DNA of 61,068 nucleotides, the filler included. It is 11 parts of 11 records of this genome, joined end to end, with 100 filler letters (N's around TTAATTAATTAA, not from the genome) between each part and the next. Parts side by side here need not be neighbours in the genome. Positions count along the whole stretch, not along the records: positions 56,029 to 61,068 come from SRR7504441_15965; 10 more parts are not named here. One strand, 5' to 3'. Under the pieces are notes generated by a model. It worked only from the letters and a program-made list of their open reading frames with translations, was not told the DNA's origin and did no database searches. Every line of letters begins with the position of its first letter. The first letter of the stretch is position 1. Of this stretch, positions 56,029 through 61,068 are shown piece after piece. The position numbers and the translations under genes were made by a program.

Positions 56029-59000
56029 AGCGTGAAGATAAACTTCTTCATCGTCGGCTGATCGTCTGGGTCCGCCATCGAGAAGTGCTGCATTGCTTTG
56101 AGCACTGCGTCCTTGAGCGTGCCTATGTATTCAGGGAGCAGCGATGGCACCCTGGTCAGAACCATTTCCAGGAGCTTCAGCGCACAGCAGCGCGATTCCA
56201 CGGCGTTGCCCTTCTTCCACTGCGTGTCGTTACAGCCGGCAGCTGCAGCAGCCATCACATCAGCCGCAGAAAGCTTGTCTTCAAGCTGCTCCAGTGCTTG
56301 TTGCAAGCACGTGAATGCCGCAATCCTGTTGCCGATCGCCAAGTCTGTGTACACTCTGTCAGCTCCGATTTGCTCCTGGTGCATTTCACAGTACTCGCAC
56401 TCCTTGATGATCCGCTCCAGGAGAGGCGGCAATGCAGCGCTGACCGACGGCAGACGGAAGTATCGAGGCTTAGCTAGCATTGCGTGCACGGCTCGGGTCG
56501 CAGCCTCCCGAACTGACCGCGACTCGTCGGCAACACCCGTTCCTGCCATCTCGATTGCCTTTGGCAGCACAAGGCTGTCAGCAGCGAGGTCGGCAGAGCT
56601 CATGTAGAAACGGAAGCACGCAAACGAGGCTACCCGGACTGCCTCGGATGAGTCGCTGATTGAGCTGTGAATGGCAGGCAGGAGCTGCTCTGGTGTGAGC
56701 TGCAGCAGCTTCCCGAGGCACGCCTCCGCCATCCGCATGGCAGCATCGTTGCCAGAATTGGCGACTTGAAACAGCACTGGGATCATTGTACTCTCCACAT
56801 ACGGGGCCAGGATGTCAGGCTTACCCAGACCGACACAGCGAGTGATGGCTTCCTTGATGGCGGTGAGCATGGTCACCTTGTTGACAGCATCCTGGCTGAG
56901 CTGTTCCTGGACATATGGGATGTATTTGGACGGATTCCCCACACACAGACACCCGAGAGCAAAGGCTGCTGCGAAGAGCGTCCTCTCGTCCTTTGCTTCT
57001 GTGGCAGCCTCCAACTGAGCGGCAACCATCTGCTGCAGCCCAGCAACTTCGCCAACCCCGTCGACAGTGACTTCGCCAAGCGACTGGAGTGCAAAGACGG
57101 CGTTCTCGTGACCCATCAGGCTGGCAGCAGTGCTGTTGCCAAATGGCGCTCCCGCCTCGCGCGTGACTGCACCGATCGCCTTGGCAAGGTTGCTCACTCC
57201 GCTGGCCCCGCCACCGAAACTGGCCACACGGGACAGCCCGCTGTTGGTTTTCTTAAGCGGCGCCGGTGCAGAGGCCGATGCCACCAGCTGTGATACAAGC
57301 TGCTGAGCCTCACAGCCGGAGGTGACCAAGGCTGAGAAATAGTGCAATGCCGCGTCGAGAGCGCCGCCTTGGAAAGAATCGAACCGGACAATGTCGCAGA
57401 GCTGTGGGACGAGCATGTCTTGGCTCTTGGTGGCACAGGGCGCCCCGAGCGCCAGCACCAACGAGGCTGTGGCCTGGAGAGAGAGCTGAGTGTCCTTGAG
57501 CTCCTTGCTCGACAGCTTGTCCGCGAGAACCTGCATAATGAATTCAGTTTGGTCCTGCGAGAGCTGCGACGAGGCCCCGGAGCAAATCTTGCAGAGTGAC
57601 TCCAGCGTCTTGTGCCGGATGTCCTTGTCGCTCTGCCTAGTCAAGTTCTTGATCTGCTCGAGCGACTTGCCGAACACGACCGACAAGTCCATGTTGGCCT
57701 CTGCGAGCATCGCGATCGCAGTTACTGCGGCTGAGCGCGTGGTCTCGTTGAGCAGTTGGTGGCCCAGTCTCTCTTGTATGGCCTTCAGCTCCTGCGGTAT
57801 GTTGATGGCCACGTTGGCCATTGCCATGATTGCAGCCTGCTTAATGTCGCCATCCAGGTCGTCGCGCGAGAATTGCTCGTAAACAGCTTGGAAGAGCGTC
57901 TGCTGCGCCTCTGGCTGCTTCAAGTGCTTGGCAATCGAACCACACGCAACCAGCCCTGTCTTGGCCACGCTGAAGCCTTGGGTGCACGCGACAGTCACAG
58001 TGTCGACAAGCGCATCCATGCCATCAAGGCAGTCACTCTGCTTGAGCAGCTCCGATACGAAGCTGAGGCAGGCAGCTTTGGCGGACGAGGAGGCGCCGCT
58101 GTTCGGGACAATAAACTGCACTGGAGGCAGAAGCAGCTCAGTGTTGGCTTGGAACTGGCTCCATCCCACAGCAGCAGCCAGCTCACTCAGCATGCTGAAC
58201 ACGCCATCGGCAGTGGCCGACTGGTCGTTGGAGAGCCTTCCAGAGCCGTTTGCAAATCCACACACGGTTGGCAGCAGCCCTCCGACCATGTTGCGGAGTG
58301 CAACAGTCAGCCCTCCATCTGAGCCCTTCTCGACTCGCCGGACTTGCCCAGCCAGCGTGGCCAGTGCGGACAGGAAGACCGCCTTGACCTCTTCGTATTT
58401 CTCTGCCTTGACTCGGGTGCAGATGGTTGGCACACCCTGCCCTCCGGTCACAGCCTGGTCTATTGGCAGGCCTCACCTCAGTCACCATCATCTGCAGCAG
58501 ATCCGAGCGCAGCCTGATGACCCTAGTGACTACCTTGAGCGCCGCGCAGTGCACGTGATCCGCAGGAGTGACCTGATACTCCTCGTCGTTCGCGCCTCCC
58601 AAGAAGTCGTCGTCATCGTCACCGCTATACCAACCACCATCGTCGTCATCGTCTGAGAACTCCTCGTCCCCATCATACGTGCCGATCCCGATCAGCCCCG
58701 GGACCCAATCCTGGCCATCCCACTCATAGTTGATCAGCAACTGGATGAGCCGATTGGTGGTCTCTCCACCCATCTCGACTGGGCATTTCTCAAGCAACCT
58801 ACAGCAACGCTCAGAGCAGCAGCTCGCAGCTCGACGCACTGTTCTACTGTCGCGAGCATGATGTTGAGCAGACTGAAGTACGTCTCCTGATGCTGCAGCT
58901 CTACGCCGGTCCCGCCAGCCACGTCGCTGAACAGGATTTCCATAAACTGACCAACGTACGGCTTCAGCCTGTATCCAGCTCGAGCCGGCAGCGCCATGGC

Positions 59001-60077
59001 TGCACCTCCCGCCGCACGGCCCCACCAGCACGTTGATTAGCTCGGCGGCCGCCATCTTCTCCTGCACCCGCTGTGTGAGCCCACTACTGCCTGCTACGAC
59101 CACCTCTGTGGGCGAGCTGCCCAAGTCTTGTTTTAGACTGGAAAACACAGTGTCGTTCATCATGCTGGCGAATTCGTTGGCCCCGAAATGCGGCGCGAAG
59201 GCAGCCAGCACCGACCGGGCTTGCCGGGTCACCTGTCGAGCCGGTTCAGAGCGCCAGCAGTAGCCCAGGCACCGCTGAGTCAAAGACAGCCAGGCCAACC
59301 ACATTTAGAATCTCCTGGTGCCGACCGCCCAGACGCGCCCCCATGCTGCCCCCGAACGACTCCAGCGCCACCAGCGCACTCCGGCGAGCGCGGTTGTCCA
59401 GCGCTTTGTCAGCGACCGCCTGTACCATCTGAGCTGTGCGACTGAACTGCGGCGCACCTGGAGCAAGTTTGCAATCATTTCGTCTGCAGCCTCCGGATAC
59501 TCGAGCGACTGCGCGAAGAATCTGAGCAGTCCGGCCCACAGGTGTTGCGAGTACTGCCGCCCAGCTCACTGCAGCCCTGCGCGTGCCCGCACCTTTTCGT
59601 GAACAAAGTTCCCGCTGGCCTTGGGGTTTCCAAGAATCTTCCGCGATAGCGTCTCCTGGCCCGTCCGCTCGCGGACCGACTGGCACCAGCCCGCACCGCG
59701 AACCCGCACAGCACGCCGTGCTCCATGTGCTTGGCGAAACTCTGGGTGGCGATTTCAGCTTTGTCGATGGCCAGCTGGGCGCCTGCGTTGGTCTCTTCCT
59801 CGTACAGCACCTGCCGCGGGATGGCACGGGCTCTGGGCTGGGCCGCTCGCCTTTACGACCCGCTGCATCCGTTCCCAGAAGCTGAAGACGAGCTCGTTCT
59901 GATCGTCGCGGCTCACCGAGCTCTCCGAGAGCAGCTTCGCCATGTCTGAGCATCCGTTGGCCCAGTAATCCGGGTCGCTCGGGTGCCTGTACCCGCCGGG
60001 CTGGGCTCGCCGGCCGGCTGGTCGGCTCACTTCAGTTGCGTCATGATCTTCTCCTTCATCTCCTTTACGCTCGGCAT
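56029..60077 (-). CDS. CAND1: CAND1/TIP120-like HEAT-repeat protein, 3'-partial
   Basis: N-terminal SDPDYW..SD, acidic loop EFSDDDD, NETTRSAAV, AAFALG.L.VGN...YIP, AEACLGKL, DLAIGNRIAAFTCL; about nine short introns in the 5' 1.7 kb. Confidence 0.78.
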
Positions 60078-60287
60078 CGTGAAGAGGTGGCGCCGGGCTG
60101 GTGTGATCTGTAACGGACAGTGTTTCGGGATTCACCCCGGACTCAGTGAGCCGAGCGCGACGGGATGCGTGCCGCCACGGGATGCGTGCCGTGCCGCCAT
60201 CGTGAGGCAACCCTGGCCGCTGGGCTCGGCAGGCGCGCCCCCAGACCAGGCACTGTTCTTCATCGCGAATGTGGCACGGGCCGCGCA

Positions 60288-61068
60288 ATGGACAGCGAAG
60301 CCGAGGCCGAGTCAGACGCCAGCCTCCAGTCATTCGGCTCGAGCTGCTCCAGCGTGGACGGCGAGCTCCTGGAGGAGAGCGCAGAGGCCCCGAGCATCGG
60401 GCACGTATCAGGTCTGCAGCGGTTTTATTTGTATCAGACCTCGCTGGCCGGGAGCGGCGCGGGCGGCTTCCAGCTGCAGGTCAACGCGAGCTCGGAGCCG
60501 GACCCGGGCCAGGAGGACTCGCCCGGCCGCACGCAACAGCTGCCAACAGACCAGCCGGTCCAACCGTGCGCTGAGTCCCTCGCGGCGCCGGTGGCGTCGG
60601 GCCAGCTGACAGCTGTTGCGGGTCGCGTACCAGCGCGTGACGAGGGGGATGAAGCGCTCTTATGCACCGGCTTGACAGCGACCGCGCTGCACTGGGCTGC
60701 GATTCGTGGCGACCCAGATATTGTGAAGAACCTGCTAGACGTCAAGGCGGATGTGAACGCCCAAACCATCTCATGTACATCTCATGAGTCCCTCTCCTGT
60801 GGAGGAACCGCTCTCATGCACCTTTGCTGTTCACCAGACTGTTGCCGCCAGGAATCTGCGCCTGAGCGAGTGGGCAAAACCACCGAGCTGCTCATTGCAG
60901 CGAAAGCTGACTTGAATGTTACGGATTCAGTTGGAATAACCGCTCTGGCTTGGGCTGTCTCGCGCACGTTTGACAACGTCGAATCCGGCGACGAATTTGA
61001 CGACGAGTCTGACAACGAGATCTGCTTTAAGAATCCCTCAGGAGTGAGTTTGGCGCTGATTCAAGCTG
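60288..61068 (+). CDS. Ankyrin-repeat protein, 3'-partial
   Basis: Frame open from ATG 60288 to the window end; TALHWAAIRGDPDIVKNLLDVKADVNAQ and DSVGITALAWAV. Confidence 0.8.
   Translation, partial: MDSEAEAESDASLQSFGSSCSSVDGELLEESAEAPSIGHVSGLQRFYLYQTSLAGSGAGGFQLQVNASSEPDPGQEDSPGRTQQLPTDQPVQPCAESLAAPVASGQLTAVAGRVPARDEGDEALLCTGLTATALHWAAIRGDPDIVKNLLDVKADVNAQTISCTSHESLSCGGTALMHLCCSPDCCRQESAPERVGKTTELLIAAKADLNVTDSVGITALAWAVSRTFDNVESGDEFDDESDNEICFKNPSGVSLALIQA

Noticed and set aside
59017..59031. Possible non-canonical acceptor in a CAND1 intron
   Set aside because: A canonical 37-nt GT-AG intron at 58969-59005 restores the frame.
1..61068. Genome-wide stop-codon reassignment
   Set aside because: TAA, TAG and TGA all end well-supported genes at expected positions; only one suspicious TAG (17735) was found.

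Overview
This window is not one locus. It is 11 contigs joined by artificial linkers (N-runs with TTAATTAATTAA, stop codons in all six frames), so neighbours across a linker are not real neighbours. The DNA is from a compact, GC-rich eukaryotic microbe, probably a flagellated heterotrophic protist (TSNAXIP1-, SF-assemblin- and STPG-like genes, many secreted CAZymes); I cannot assign the lineage. About 40 genes or fragments can be modelled once short spliceosomal introns (mostly 34-47 nt, GT-AG with many GC-AG) are removed. Recognisable products: S10 carboxypeptidase, twin-Cx9C protein, heparinase II/III-like lyase, thaumatin, GH32, GH65, RMI2, EF-hand/RhoGAP fusion, DYRK-like kinase, SDR, ureide-permease-like transporter, codanin-1, SLC33A1, FNT channel, TLC protein, alpha/beta hydrolase, CAND1 and ankyrin proteins. 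No rRNA, tRNA, CRISPR or transposase was recognised. Strongest leads: a Tudor-HNH nuclease fusion; a perfect 25-bp inverted repeat bracketing two convergent genes; a recurrent CCGTTA/TAACGG (Myb/MSA-like) motif at very short divergent promoters, with only 30-42 bp between ATGs in three cases; and the uniform mini-intron system. All family calls come from motif recognition by eye, not database searches.
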